Shown here one piece after another: positions 37,754 through 47,737 of a stretch of DNA of 64,000 bases. Every line of letters starts with the position of its first letter. Within the stretch, counting starts at the first letter, position 1. The notes under the pieces were generated by a model, which did no database searches, was not told the origin of the DNA, and saw nothing but the letters and a program-made list of their open reading frames with translations. This DNA is from Planctomycetota bacterium (GTDB lineage: Bacteria > Planctomycetota > UBA1135 > UBA2386): the NCBI GenBank assembly GCA_046290465.1, contig JBKAGP010000001.1, forward strand, positions 3,872,001 to 3,936,000. The letters run 5' to 3'. Both the position numbers and the translations under genes were made by a program.

Positions 37754-39424
37754 TCAGCGGTGCAGCTCGACCAGCGTCGGGCTCTTGGCCCCGGGCTCGA
37801 GCGTCAGCGTCACCGGCTGGTATCCCGGCGCTACGATCTCGATCCGGCACGCCGTCGCCGGCGCCCCCACCGCGAGCGTCGGGCGCGAGAAGTCGTACTG
37901 CGCGTGGTTGCCGAGCACGAACTTGTCGCCACTCCAGCGCCCTTCGACGCGTGACACGAGCCGTTCGCCGTCGAACGCCGACGCGACCACGGTGCCGTCG
38001 ATGTCCGCCGGAGCACCGTCGGGGCCGTGCAACCGGAAGAAGTGGTTGCGCGCGAACCGGGTCGTCGTCGACGGCATGCGGATCGTCACCAACTCCGGTG
38101 CCGCCGCCGTCAGGTCGACCTCGACGCTGCCGGCCGGCACGAAGTCGCCGCGCACCGCGGTCAGCGTCACCGGCGCCGCCGGCAGCCGACGCAGCTCGGC
38201 GATGCCGCGGGCGTCGACGGCGACCTCCTTGCCCATCATGCGCAGCCGCCCCGGCATCTCGACCGCGCGCCCGTCACCGTCCCGCGCGCGCACCTTGGCA
38301 CCCTTGGCCGGCGAGCCGTCTGGCAGCACGACCTGCACCCGCAGGCTACGCGCCGGTATCAGCGTCAGGTCGACGATGTGCGCCCCGGCCTGGTAGTCCC
38401 GTTCGGCTACCGAGTGGCGCGCGTAACCGTCGGGCGTCGCGCTGAACGAGAACCGGCCGACGTCGAGGCCCTGCACCTCGTAGCGCCCCTGCGCGTCGGT
38501 GATCGCATTGGCGACGCCCGTCGCCGAGTAGCCGCCGGCGGACCGCTTGACCCGCATCACTTGCAGCCGCGCCTTGGCGATCGGGTCCCCGGTCCGTCGA
38601 TCCGTCAGCTGCCCGGAGAACGTCACGCTGCCGCCGAGGTGTGTGCCCAGCCGCAGCACGACGCCCCGTTCGTCCGATCGCGCCCGGACCGATCCGGTGA
38701 CCCCTCGGTGGTTGGCGCGCAGCCGATGCGTGCCGGGCAACGCCGCCGGCAGCTCGAACCGGCCCGAAGCATCGGTCTCGACCTGGAACGTCGCCGGCGG
38801 CATCTCGCCCTCGATCACGCGCCACGGCCGCATGCCCATTGGCATGTACGGCTTGTCGGTGTGCACCTGCACGCCGGCGACCGGCCGGCCGTCGGCGTCG
38901 ACGACGGTGCCGGTGATGCGGTCGCTCGGCGGGACCCAGAGGATCATTCGCTGGTTGCCGGAGACCTTCCAGCCCTCGTGTCGCAGCCGCGGCAGGCCGT
39001 TGGGCGCGACCCGCGTCGTCAGCGACCTGGCGGCCGGCGCGACCTCGTCGAACGCAAACCGGCCCTTCTCCCCCGAGACCGTCGACAGCACCGTGTTGCC
39101 GTCGGCGTCGACCAGTTCGATCAGGATGCCGGCGACCCCGCTGCCCTGGGTCTGCTTGACCACACCGTGCAGCCCCGGCGCATCCGAACGGTCCCGACGC
39201 CCCGGTCCCGCCGGACCGGCCGCCGCCGGCCCCTGAGGCTTCGGCGCGGGCGCGGCGGTGCGTTCGAGCGCCTGTTCCGGCTCCGGTTCGGGCGCAGGCT
39301 GCTGCTGCCGCTGCTCGACCGGCGGCTGCTGGGGTGCGGGGTCCCGCCCATCGCGCAGCCAGAGCCAGAGGGCGAGGGCGGCGGTGGCCGCGACGAGGGC
39401 GAGGATCAGGCGGTAGCGCTGCAT
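37754..39424 (-). CDS. Membrane-anchored carboxypeptidase-regulatory-like repeat protein
   Basis: N-terminal TM, Pro/Gln linker, ITGTVVDADGRPVAG / TDASGRF / TDAQGRYEV repeats. Confidence 0.8.
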   Translation of the reverse strand: MQRYRLILALVAATAALALWLWLRDGRDPAPQQPPVEQRQQQPAPEPEPEQALERTAAPAPKPQGPAAAGPAGPGRRDRSDAPGLHGVVKQTQGSGVAGILIELVDADGNTVLSTVSGEKGRFAFDEVAPAARSLTTRVAPNGLPRLRHEGWKVSGNQRMILWVPPSDRITGTVVDADGRPVAGVQVHTDKPYMPMGMRPWRVIEGEMPPATFQVETDASGRFELPAALPGTHRLRANHRGVTGSVRARSDERGVVLRLGTHLGGSVTFSGQLTDRRTGDPIAKARLQVMRVKRSAGGYSATGVANAITDAQGRYEVQGLDVGRFSFSATPDGYARHSVAERDYQAGAHIVDLTLIPARSLRVQVVLPDGSPAKGAKVRARDGDGRAVEMPGRLRMMGKEVAVDARGIAELRRLPAAPVTLTAVRGDFVPAGSVEVDLTAAAPELVTIRMPSTTTRFARNHFFRLHGPDGAPADIDGTVVASAFDGERLVSRVEGRWSGDKFVLGNHAQYDFSRPTLAVGAPATACRIEIVAPGYQPVTLTLEPGAKSPTLVELHR

Positions 39425-39535
39425 GGCGGTGCGGACCCCGGAGGGCTTGCCGGGGTGGCGAGCGGAACGACGCCCGTGCCGACATGGTTCCCTCGAATCC
39501 GCGCCAATCCTGACGAGCCGATCCCGACGCGCCGA

Positions 39536-40927
39536 TCAGAACGGCCCGAACGTCCACTCGACGCCGCTCGACGTCACCACCTGCGCCGGGTTGGCGCCGG
39601 GCGCCAGCGCGAACGCCTGCAAGAACACCTGCTGGCCGATCAGGTTGAGGTCGTTGGGGATGTTCTCGTCGCGACGCAGCAGCGGAATCGCCGGCGATAC
39701 GACCGAGAACGGCAGGCCCAGCACGTCGGCCGACGTCAGCAGCTGGCAGCCGGTCAGGCCGAACGAACCCAGGTCGATCGGCAGCGGCGCGCCCTGGAAG
39801 GTGGTGCCACTGGTGCCGATCATCAGGAACGCCACCGTGCTCGGCGCCTGCGTGATCAGGATGCTCGCGCTCGAACCGATCACCGGCAGCGACGACAGGA
39901 TCGTGTTGCCGGTCTGCGCGCAGTTGCTGCCGTAGACCGTCGCGGTCGCCTGCGGCAGCGACTGCCCCGACACCCAGGTGTCGCTCGGGTAGGAGGCCAG
40001 GAAGGTGTTCCGGCCGCCGAACATCATCAGTTCCTGGCGCGCCTCGTCGTAGACCATCGCGCCCTCGGCGCGCGGCCCCGGCACCGAGCCGACGAGCGTC
40101 TGCCAGGACGTTCCGTCGAAGTAGGCCTGGTCGCTGTAGACCGTCTGCGAGATGGCCGTGTTGCCGCCGTAGCGCACCGGCGCCTGCAGGTCCTGCGAGA
40201 AGGCCAGCATCGTGCCGCCGCGGCCGCGCGGCGCCGCGACGACGTCGTTGCTCCAGTTGCTGCCATCCCAGCTCCAGACATCGTCGTACGACGACAGGTT
40301 GTTGGGACTGACCGCACCGCCGTAGATGCGCACGTTGCCGGTCGCCGGGTCGAACCAGGCAAGCCCGTCGGCCCGCTGCGGCGGAATCTGGCTGGGGAAC
40401 CGTTCGGTCCAGTCGACGCCGTCGTACTCGTAGGTCCGCCCAGAGAAGAACGTGCCGTCCGAGCCCCCGAACATCACCACGACCTGGCGCAGCGGATCGT
40501 AGGCCATCAGCGCGCCCGCGCGCGGCGGCGGCATGTTGGGCGTCGTGACCTGCGTCCAGTCCGTTCCGTCCCAGGTCCACATGTCGCCGCGAACGGTCGA
40601 ACCGGCGCGACCGCCGAACATCATCACGACACCTCGCGCCTCGTCGTAGACCATCGACGCCCGCTGCCGGGTCGACGGCCGCTGCGTGGGTTGGACCTGC
40701 GTCCAGCCGAAGCCGCTCCAGATCCACGTGTCATCGAGCGCGTTGGCGTTGTAGCCGCCGAACATGACGATGTTCTGGTTGGCCTTGTCGAAGACCATCG
40801 CGGGATACCCCCGCCCCTGCGGGCTGACCGCGGCGCCGATCGGCACCTGCTGCCAGTCGAGGACCTGCGCCGGCGCAATGGCGGCCGAGGCGAGCAGCGG
40901 GAGGAGACGTAGCGACAGTCGGGGCAT
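39536..40927 (-). CDS. Secreted Kelch-repeat beta-propeller with the shared C-terminal domain
   Basis: About 6 repeats of PxxR..AMVYD...VVMFGG....DTW.WDG..W; signal peptide ending PAQ. Confidence 0.88.
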   Translation of the reverse strand: MPRLSLRLLPLLASAAIAPAQVLDWQQVPIGAAVSPQGRGYPAMVFDKANQNIVMFGGYNANALDDTWIWSGFGWTQVQPTQRPSTRQRASMVYDEARGVVMMFGGRAGSTVRGDMWTWDGTDWTQVTTPNMPPPRAGALMAYDPLRQVVVMFGGSDGTFFSGRTYEYDGVDWTERFPSQIPPQRADGLAWFDPATGNVRIYGGAVSPNNLSSYDDVWSWDGSNWSNDVVAAPRGRGGTMLAFSQDLQAPVRYGGNTAISQTVYSDQAYFDGTSWQTLVGSVPGPRAEGAMVYDEARQELMMFGGRNTFLASYPSDTWVSGQSLPQATATVYGSNCAQTGNTILSSLPVIGSSASILITQAPSTVAFLMIGTSGTTFQGAPLPIDLGSFGLTGCQLLTSADVLGLPFSVVSPAIPLLRRDENIPNDLNLIGQQVFLQAFALAPGANPAQVVTSSGVEWTFGPF

Positions 40928-41147
40928 CGTTCCGTTGTCCGGGGTGCAGGGTCGTGGGCACGGCGGGGCGCGGCCCACGGGAGGTAGGCGCAGGTCGACC
41001 GTTGGTGTCACTCGGGTTTTCTGGTCGACGGCACGCCTTACCACCGACCAGAGCAGCGCGCCCCTGGGCGGCCGGCATGCGGTCTGTCGTCATCAGCGGC
41101 CTGCTGTGCATCGCTTACGGAGCACCTGGCTCACCGTCGGTGCAGCG

Positions 41148-42971
41148 CTATTCCGCGGACCCGGACCTCAACTCGTCCTGGTGCTCAATCGCGTAGAGGT
41201 GCATCGCGACCGTCTGCCGCCACTGGCAGGCGAAGAAGGCGCTGTTGAGTTCTTCGAGGCGCTGCTCGATCTGGTCGTAGCGACTGCCGATCGCCGCCTG
41301 CCGTGCGCTGCTGTCGACCGGCAGATCTTCATCGGGCGCGATTTCGTGCATCGCGGCCATCCAGATGTCGCGCACGGCAGTCGGCACGATCTCATCAAGC
41401 GCCGGCTTCAGCACCTGCATGTCCTCTTCGTCGAGACACATGAAGGCATGCTCCAATCCGCCATTGCACGCGAAACTGGTGGCCACCGAGAGGGTGGCCA
41501 ACATCCGCTGGCGGTGCGTCGTGCCGCGGCCGCCGAACGACCAGTCCTGGGGTGCGGTGAGCCGCTCACCGAGCATCCTGGCAGCCTCGTCACTGACCTC
41601 TTGCAACTCCATCGCGATCGCTTCGCGCAGCAGCTGTTCTGCGTCGACCACGCCACGCTGGCACAGCTTCGCCAGCGCCCGCACGAACGCCAGGCGCGAG
41701 TAGCGGGCCGCGCTCTCACGCGTCCATAGACGCATCGCTGCTTCGTCTCCGAAGTACGCCGGCGCGCGCGCAAGCAGGTCGCGGAGATCGTCCTCTGGCA
41801 CGTCCGCAAACTCCTGCAGCCGCCAGCACCAGTACCATGCGCCGCGGTCGCGCGCCGTTCGCCACAGCCCAAGCAGTTGTTCGCCAGGGACAGACTGCCC
41901 GGCCTCGGCGATCGCTACGAGGGCGCGCAGTGACGTCTCGTCGAGGTCGCGAGCCTGTTCGGCGAGCTGCCGCGGCAGATCCGGGCGTCGTGACAACAAC
42001 ACCAGCGACGCGGGGGCACACGCGTTCTCGGCCTCCAGGCACCTCCACAACGACGGCTCCAGCTCGGCGAACAGCTCGTCGCCGAGCCGGCCAGACTTGG
42101 CCGCGTCATCCAGCCCCCTGGCCACGTAGTCGCCATGCTCACCGAGCAGTTCGCCCGCCAACGTCGACCCGAGCTCCGGATCGCCGCTCGCGGCCATGAG
42201 CTGCAGCACGCGGCGTCGCTGGTCTGCTTCAACGTGCGGCAGACACGCGGACAGTCGCGGCCCCGAACGAGCCAGCAACGACTCGGGCAGCTGCCCGATC
42301 AACATGGCCAGCGCCTCCGGATTCCGTCGAAACGCAGGATCGCCGAGCGCCCGGAACACCGCCATGCCGAAGTGCTCCGGCTGCGCCAGCAACCTCTGCC
42401 GGATCATCTCGACGCCGTCCCCGTCCAGCAGTCCGGCGACCATCGAATCTGGATCGGGCGGCTGCTCACGATCCTGCTGCAGCAATCTGTCGCGCGCTGC
42501 GAAGAACCCGGCAACGCCCTGCGCTGCCTCCGGATTCGATATCCAGTCCCCGTAGCTACCGGGCTCTCGCCACGGTAGGCGCAGCCGGGCCCACGCGAGG
42601 TAGCCGCCCGTGGCCACGAGCCAGGCTGCTGCAAGGACAACCGGGATGTCGGGGGCGAGCGTGCCACGCAACACGAACCACACCAGGAAGACGAACTGCG
42701 CGACGACCGTGAACAGCAGCCAGCTGACTCCTTCGCGCAGCCCCTGCCGGACCCGAATCGCGCTCCAGACGTAGACGATGGGGAACCCGAGACTCGACAG
42801 CGGAGGGGGCTCTTCGGCGAACTGGCCGACCAGCACGAGAACGACCCGCAGACAGCCGTGGATCAGGAACAGCCAGTTCAACAGCCTCAGAACCAGAGGC
42901 AGCTTCTTGTAGGCGAGACGCACGCGCGCAGGATCCTCGCCCGAACGGGAAGACGCAAGAGCAGGCGGCAC
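41148..42971 (-). CDS. Membrane protein with a helical middle and a C-terminal DUF4375/DMP19-like domain
   Basis: About 4 N-terminal TM helices; CNGGLEHAF...ALDEI...LEELNSAFF...LYAIEHQDEL; codon usage looks less GC3-biased; start uncertain. Confidence 0.6.
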   Translation of the reverse strand: MPPALASSRSGEDPARVRLAYKKLPLVLRLLNWLFLIHGCLRVVLVLVGQFAEEPPPLSSLGFPIVYVWSAIRVRQGLREGVSWLLFTVVAQFVFLVWFVLRGTLAPDIPVVLAAAWLVATGGYLAWARLRLPWREPGSYGDWISNPEAAQGVAGFFAARDRLLQQDREQPPDPDSMVAGLLDGDGVEMIRQRLLAQPEHFGMAVFRALGDPAFRRNPEALAMLIGQLPESLLARSGPRLSACLPHVEADQRRRVLQLMAASGDPELGSTLAGELLGEHGDYVARGLDDAAKSGRLGDELFAELEPSLWRCLEAENACAPASLVLLSRRPDLPRQLAEQARDLDETSLRALVAIAEAGQSVPGEQLLGLWRTARDRGAWYWCWRLQEFADVPEDDLRDLLARAPAYFGDEAAMRLWTRESAARYSRLAFVRALAKLCQRGVVDAEQLLREAIAMELQEVSDEAARMLGERLTAPQDWSFGGRGTTHRQRMLATLSVATSFACNGGLEHAFMCLDEEDMQVLKPALDEIVPTAVRDIWMAAMHEIAPDEDLPVDSSARQAAIGSRYDQIEQRLEELNSAFFACQWRQTVAMHLYAIEHQDELRSGSAE

Positions 42972-43079
42972 GCGACGGCGTTACGCCGCTTTCTGTATTG
43001 CCGCCCACGGTCACGCCGGATCCATACAAAAATCAGGTTCGTCACGTAACGGTGCACGGCCGACGGGCGCCCTTGCCAT

Positions 43080-43095
43080 CGGTGTGTGAGTTGCA
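43080..43095 (+). promoter_or_regulatory. Possible sigma54 -24/-12 element
   Basis: CGGTGTGTGAGTTGCA = GG-N10-GC with TTGCA, 37 nt upstream of ATG 43133; overlaps the GGTGTG/CACACC inverted repeat. Confidence 0.3.
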
Positions 43096-43132
43096 CACCG
43101 CATCACTTCTAGAACCGCAAGGAACCCATCCC

Positions 43133-43786
43133 ATGAAGCTCATCGCTTCCATCCTCGCCGCCGCGACCGTCGCCGGTGGTCTCTCCGCCCAGAACCAGAT
43201 CGACGTCTCGCTGAGCGGCGGCTGGACGGCCACGCCGTGCTGCCTGCAGCAGATCAACAACTTCTCGTCGAACAACGGCGCCGGCGTCTTCCTGCAAGGC
43301 GGCGCGAGCGCCGAGGTCGGCACGACGCTGTGCACCAACGACACGATCGCCCGCGCGTCGATCCAGGGCCTGCACCAGGGCACCGGCTCGCACAGCGACG
43401 GTCGTCAAGCCGTCGTCGGCTGCAGCGAGTTCTACACGCGCCCGACGCCGGGCAACGTCTACTGCGTGCTCAACGCGCAGCCGATCAGCCCGTCGGCCAA
43501 CCTGCAGGGCACCGGCTACTCGGGCTCGGCGCTCGGCACGGTCATCGTGACCTGCCCGCTGTTCGGCAACCAGACGGCCAGCGCGGTCGCCGATGCGGTG
43601 CCGCCGCCGGCCTTCCCGACGATGCAGACCCTGCCGGTCTCGGCCACGGGCACCGCGTCCAACGTCACGTCGTTCCAGGTCGACATGGACGCCGGCTCGC
43701 GCTGCTGGGGCCAACTGACCGACCTCGGCAGCGGCATCCAGCTGTTCGCCGGCGCCGACGCCTCGGGCACCGTCACCCTGTTCTGA
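43133..43786 (+). CDS. Secreted beta-rich, Cys-containing small protein (217 aa)
   Basis: AAGGA RBS; signal peptide ending LSAQ; 7 Cys; Gly/Ser/Thr rich. Confidence 0.8.
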   Translation: MKLIASILAAATVAGGLSAQNQIDVSLSGGWTATPCCLQQINNFSSNNGAGVFLQGGASAEVGTTLCTNDTIARASIQGLHQGTGSHSDGRQAVVGCSEFYTRPTPGNVYCVLNAQPISPSANLQGTGYSGSALGTVIVTCPLFGNQTASAVADAVPPPAFPTMQTLPVSATGTASNVTSFQVDMDAGSRCWGQLTDLGSGIQLFAGADASGTVTLF

Positions 43787-45966
43787 TGAACACCCGCCCC
43801 GAAGTCCGTCGGGTCGCGCTGTTCGTGGCCGTCGCGGTGAGCGCCCTCGCGCTCGCCGTGCTCGGCCTGCGCGACACCGGGTCCCCGCTGCCGGCCAACG
43901 CCGCCGCGCAGGAGCTCCCGCCGGAGCGCGCCGAACGACCGCACAGCGCCCCGATCGGCTCCGATCCGGGCACGAAGCCGGCATCGGCGCCGCTGCAGCG
44001 CGCCGACGGCAGCGGGACCACCCGGCGACTTCGGGTCGTCTCGGCAGCGGAACTCGCACCGCTGCCGGGATGTGATCTGACCTTGGTCGGTCCGCAGGGC
44101 GCCACGCGCACCCTGCGCACCGACGACGACGGCCACGCGCCGTGGCCCGACGCGCTGGCCGCCGGGCGCGCCGTCGTCACCGTCGAGCACGAAGGCTACG
44201 CGCCGCTGCGCGGCCACCTGACGGCGCCGAGCGCCGACGGTGAGGTCGTGCTCGCACTCGAGCTGGCCGGACGCGTCGAGATCGCCGTCGTCGACCGGGA
44301 CGGCCGGCCCGTCGCCGACATCGGGGTGGCGCTGCTGCCGCCTGCCTGCGACGGCGCGGCCGACTGGTCGCGGGAATGGCCGACCGTTCGCGCCAATGGC
44401 GTGCCGGCGATCGAAGGGGCGCTGCTGCCGCAGCTGCGCGCCGGGGTCGACGGGATCGTCCGGGCCGGTGCGGCGACCGTGCGGCCGCGCGAGCTGCCCG
44501 CGATCGAACTGCCGACGCGGGTCGCATGCGCGCACGGCTGGACCGCGACCAGCGACCGCGACGGGATCGCGCGCTTCGACGACGTCGCCACCGGCACCGG
44601 CTATCGCTTCGGCGTGCTCGGCGCGACGCACGTCCGCGTCGAGCCGGCCAACGAGCGCACGCGCCTGACCGTCACCCCGCGCGGCGTGCGCGTCGGGGCC
44701 CCCGCGCCGTTCAACCTGTCGGGGACGCTCGACGTCGTCGCGCAGGAGACCGCCCGCGGCCACGCGACCACGCTCGGCTCGTGCGCCGTGCACGGCAGGA
44801 TCACCGGCGTCGGCGCGCAGGGCGTGCTGGTCAAGCTGGCCCGCATCTCGCAGGCGGGTGGCGGTGACAGCGGCGTCGAGGCGGTCACCGCGATCGATGC
44901 AGAACGGACCAGCCAGTCGAGCGACGGCGCGTTCCGGTTCGAGAACGTGCGCCCCGGCATCTTCGCGCTGCGCGCCTGCTGGCTGCGCGGCCAGCAGGAC
45001 ATCCACTTCGTCAGCACGACCCTGCGCCTCGATGCGGAGGACGACGTCGACCTCGGCGCACTGGCGCCGATGGACGGTGCGCGGGCGACCGTGCGCGTCG
45101 ACCTGAGCGCGGGCGGCCAGCCGGTTGCGGCCACCGACGTGTTCGACGAGGCCGCGAGCTACGAGGCGGTGCTGACGATCGCGTTCCAGCCGGACAGCCA
45201 GACCGTCGCCGACGCCGTCACCGAGTTCGCGCGGGTCCCGTTCGGCAGCGAGTTTGTGCTGCACGGCGTGCCGAGCGGCAGCCTCAAGCTGCAGGCGCGG
45301 CCGGCGCCGGGGCTCGCGCCGCGGGCGTCGGTGCAGCGGGTCGACAGCAGCGGCGTGGTCGAGGACCGCGTCGAACGGCTCGGCGGCGGCACGGTCGTCG
45401 TCGCGGTGCCGGTCGTGCGTGGCGTGCCGCGCGTGTTCGACGTGCGCGGTCCCGACGGCGAAGAGGTGCCCGCGGTGCAGGTGCAGGTGCGCAACCGGAC
45501 CACCGGCCGCGTCGACGGGCTGCAGATCAGCGAGGCCGGTCGGGCCCCGATCGTCGAGCGGGTCGCCCGCTTCGAACCCGGTGTCTACGACGCGTGGCTC
45601 AGCCTGCAGCGCGGCGGCGTGTGGCTGGCGGCGGCGTTCGAGGTCGACGCGACCGACCCGGCTGCCGCCGTCGTGCACGTGACGCTCGAAGCTGCCGGCG
45701 AGGTGCGCGGCACGCTGGTCGATCCGCGCGGACGGCCGCTGCCCGACACGACGCTGCGCTGGACCCCGACGACCCTCGCCGGTTCGAGCATCTGGACGTT
45801 CCCGGTGCGCTCCGGCGCCGACGGCACGTTCGTGATCTCGGGCGTGCCGGCCGGCGTGCAGCTGGTCGCCGAGCATCGACCGGGCCTACCGCTGCCTGCG
45901 GCGGTCGCCGGGCAGGTGCTGCAGGCGGGCAACGTCGTGCTCGACCCGGCCGCGCAGCCGCGCTGA
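43786..45966 (+). CDS. Membrane-anchored carboxypeptidase-regulatory-like repeat protein
   Basis: TGATG coupling; N-terminal TM, Pro linker, VVDRDGRPV / SDRDGIARF / GTLVDPRGRPL repeats. Confidence 0.8.
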   Translation: MNTRPEVRRVALFVAVAVSALALAVLGLRDTGSPLPANAAAQELPPERAERPHSAPIGSDPGTKPASAPLQRADGSGTTRRLRVVSAAELAPLPGCDLTLVGPQGATRTLRTDDDGHAPWPDALAAGRAVVTVEHEGYAPLRGHLTAPSADGEVVLALELAGRVEIAVVDRDGRPVADIGVALLPPACDGAADWSREWPTVRANGVPAIEGALLPQLRAGVDGIVRAGAATVRPRELPAIELPTRVACAHGWTATSDRDGIARFDDVATGTGYRFGVLGATHVRVEPANERTRLTVTPRGVRVGAPAPFNLSGTLDVVAQETARGHATTLGSCAVHGRITGVGAQGVLVKLARISQAGGGDSGVEAVTAIDAERTSQSSDGAFRFENVRPGIFALRACWLRGQQDIHFVSTTLRLDAEDDVDLGALAPMDGARATVRVDLSAGGQPVAATDVFDEAASYEAVLTIAFQPDSQTVADAVTEFARVPFGSEFVLHGVPSGSLKLQARPAPGLAPRASVQRVDSSGVVEDRVERLGGGTVVVAVPVVRGVPRVFDVRGPDGEEVPAVQVQVRNRTTGRVDGLQISEAGRAPIVERVARFEPGVYDAWLSLQRGGVWLAAAFEVDATDPAAAVVHVTLEAAGEVRGTLVDPRGRPLPDTTLRWTPTTLAGSSIWTFPVRSGADGTFVISGVPAGVQLVAEHRPGLPLPAAVAGQVLQAGNVVLDPAAQPR

Positions 45967-46029
45967 CGACGAAGCGTCGCCACAACGGGTCGACAGGACC
46001 GGGGTGCAACGGCAACACTCGACGCCGAC

Positions 46030-46629
46030 ATGCCCACCCCCGAAGACGTGCTCTCGTTCTGGTTCGGTCCGATCGCCGAGGACGGCAGCTGCTCGCCCGC
46101 GTTCGTCAAGCGATGGTGGGCCAAGGACGAGGGCTTCGACCGCGAGGTGACGCAGCGGTTCGGCGCCGTCATCGCCGCCGCCGAGGCGGGCCGACTGGCG
46201 AGCTGGCGCGACACGCCGCGCGGGCTGCTGGCCCTGGTGATCCTGTGCGACCAGATGACGCGCAACAGCCGCCGCGGCAGCGGCGCGATGTACGACGCCG
46301 ACCCGCTGGCGCAGGACCTCCTGCGGCTGGCGATCCAACGCGGCGACCCCGAGCAGCTGCGCACGATGGAACGCTACTTCCTCTACATGCCGCTGATGCA
46401 CGCCGAGTCGCGCGAGCTGCAGCAGCAGGGGGTCGAGCGCTTCGACCAACTGGCGGCCACGGCCGAACCCGGCGCGCGCGACGCGGCGGCGGCCGCCGCC
46501 GACTACATGCGCCGGCACGAGGCGATCGTCGCGCGCTTCGGTCGCTTCCCCCACCGCAACGAGCTGCTCGGTCGCACCAGCACCGACGAAGAACGCGAGT
46601 TCCTGAAGCAGCCGGGGTCGAGCTTCTAG
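46030..46629 (+). CDS. DUF924 family protein
   Basis: VLSFWFG, LALVILCDQ..RN, FLYMPLMHAE, RFGRFPHRN.LLGR.ST.EE..FL. Confidence 0.93.
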   Translation: MPTPEDVLSFWFGPIAEDGSCSPAFVKRWWAKDEGFDREVTQRFGAVIAAAEAGRLASWRDTPRGLLALVILCDQMTRNSRRGSGAMYDADPLAQDLLRLAIQRGDPEQLRTMERYFLYMPLMHAESRELQQQGVERFDQLAATAEPGARDAAAAAADYMRRHEAIVARFGRFPHRNELLGRTSTDEEREFLKQPGSSF

Positions 46630-46738
46630 CGGCATCGCGGGGGGCATTGCGCGATCGGCCGGGATCGACCTACGATCGCGGCAGAAGGAGCCGGTCCCCT
46701 GGCAGCCACGTCGGCCGCAGCGGAACCCGACCAATCGC

Positions 46739-47719
46739 ATGGAGCCCATCAAGCAATCTCTGATCGCGCTGCTCGCCACTGCCCCTCTGTGCGCGCAGCT
46801 GCAGATCGACGAGATCCTGGTCAACCCGGTCGGCCCCAACGCCGGCAACCAGCTGATCGAGCTGCGCAACACCACCGGGTCGCTCAACCTAGACGGCTGG
46901 CAACTCGTCACCGGAGCCAACGTGCTCGCGTTGCCTTCTGTCTCGGTGCCGATCTATGGCGTCGTGCTGGTGCACCTCGGCGCCGCCGGCACCAACACCT
47001 CGAGCGACGTCTACTTCCCCAACGCGGCACCGCTGAGCACGTCGGACTCGATCGCGCTGTTCCGAGACGTGCCGATCACGGCGCCGACCAACCTGGTCGA
47101 CTTCGTGTCGTTCGGCGGCGGCACCACGACGCTGCAGCTCGCGCTGCAGATGGTGCTGTGGGCGGGACCGCAGGCGACGATCCCGGTACCGCAGGGGCAA
47201 GGGGTGACGATGGCGCGCCTGGACAACCCCGGCATCCCGTCGCGCAGCCCGAAGAGCTGGTACTGGGACCACACCCCGACGCTGGGCTCGCGCAACGACC
47301 ACGGCCTCGTCCAGACGATCGGCGGATCCGCTGCCTGCCTCGGCCTTGGCACACCGGTCCCGGCGGCGCGGCTGGTAACGCGTCGCCAGGCCAACTTGCC
47401 GTGGATCGGTGAGACCTGGGACCTCGAGCTCGAGGAGCTGCCGCCCAACCCGTCGACGATGGTGCTGGCACTCGGCACGACGACCTCGATCACTGCGTTC
47501 CTGCCGGCTCCGGGGATCACCTGCCTCACGTCGATGACGCCGTTTGCCATCGCGTCGTTTCCGCTGGCGGCCAACACCGACTCGGTGCTCGTGCCGGTGC
47601 CCGACCTGCCGGCGCTCGTTGGCCTCGAGCTGGCGGTGCAGGCGTTCGTCGACAGCTACGCGACGGCGTTCCCGATCGGCGCGACGCCGACGATGCGGGT
47701 CGTGCTCGGCTCTCGCTGA
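46739..47719 (+). CDS. Secreted lamin-tail-domain protein with the shared C-terminal domain
   Basis: LQIDEILVNP....NQLIELRN....LNLDGWQL, VDFVSFG, PTLGSRN. Confidence 0.8.
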   Translation: MEPIKQSLIALLATAPLCAQLQIDEILVNPVGPNAGNQLIELRNTTGSLNLDGWQLVTGANVLALPSVSVPIYGVVLVHLGAAGTNTSSDVYFPNAAPLSTSDSIALFRDVPITAPTNLVDFVSFGGGTTTLQLALQMVLWAGPQATIPVPQGQGVTMARLDNPGIPSRSPKSWYWDHTPTLGSRNDHGLVQTIGGSAACLGLGTPVPAARLVTRRQANLPWIGETWDLELEELPPNPSTMVLALGTTTSITAFLPAPGITCLTSMTPFAIASFPLAANTDSVLVPVPDLPALVGLELAVQAFVDSYATAFPIGATPTMRVVLGSR

Positions 47720-47737
47720 CCGCGGTAAGGTGGCAGC

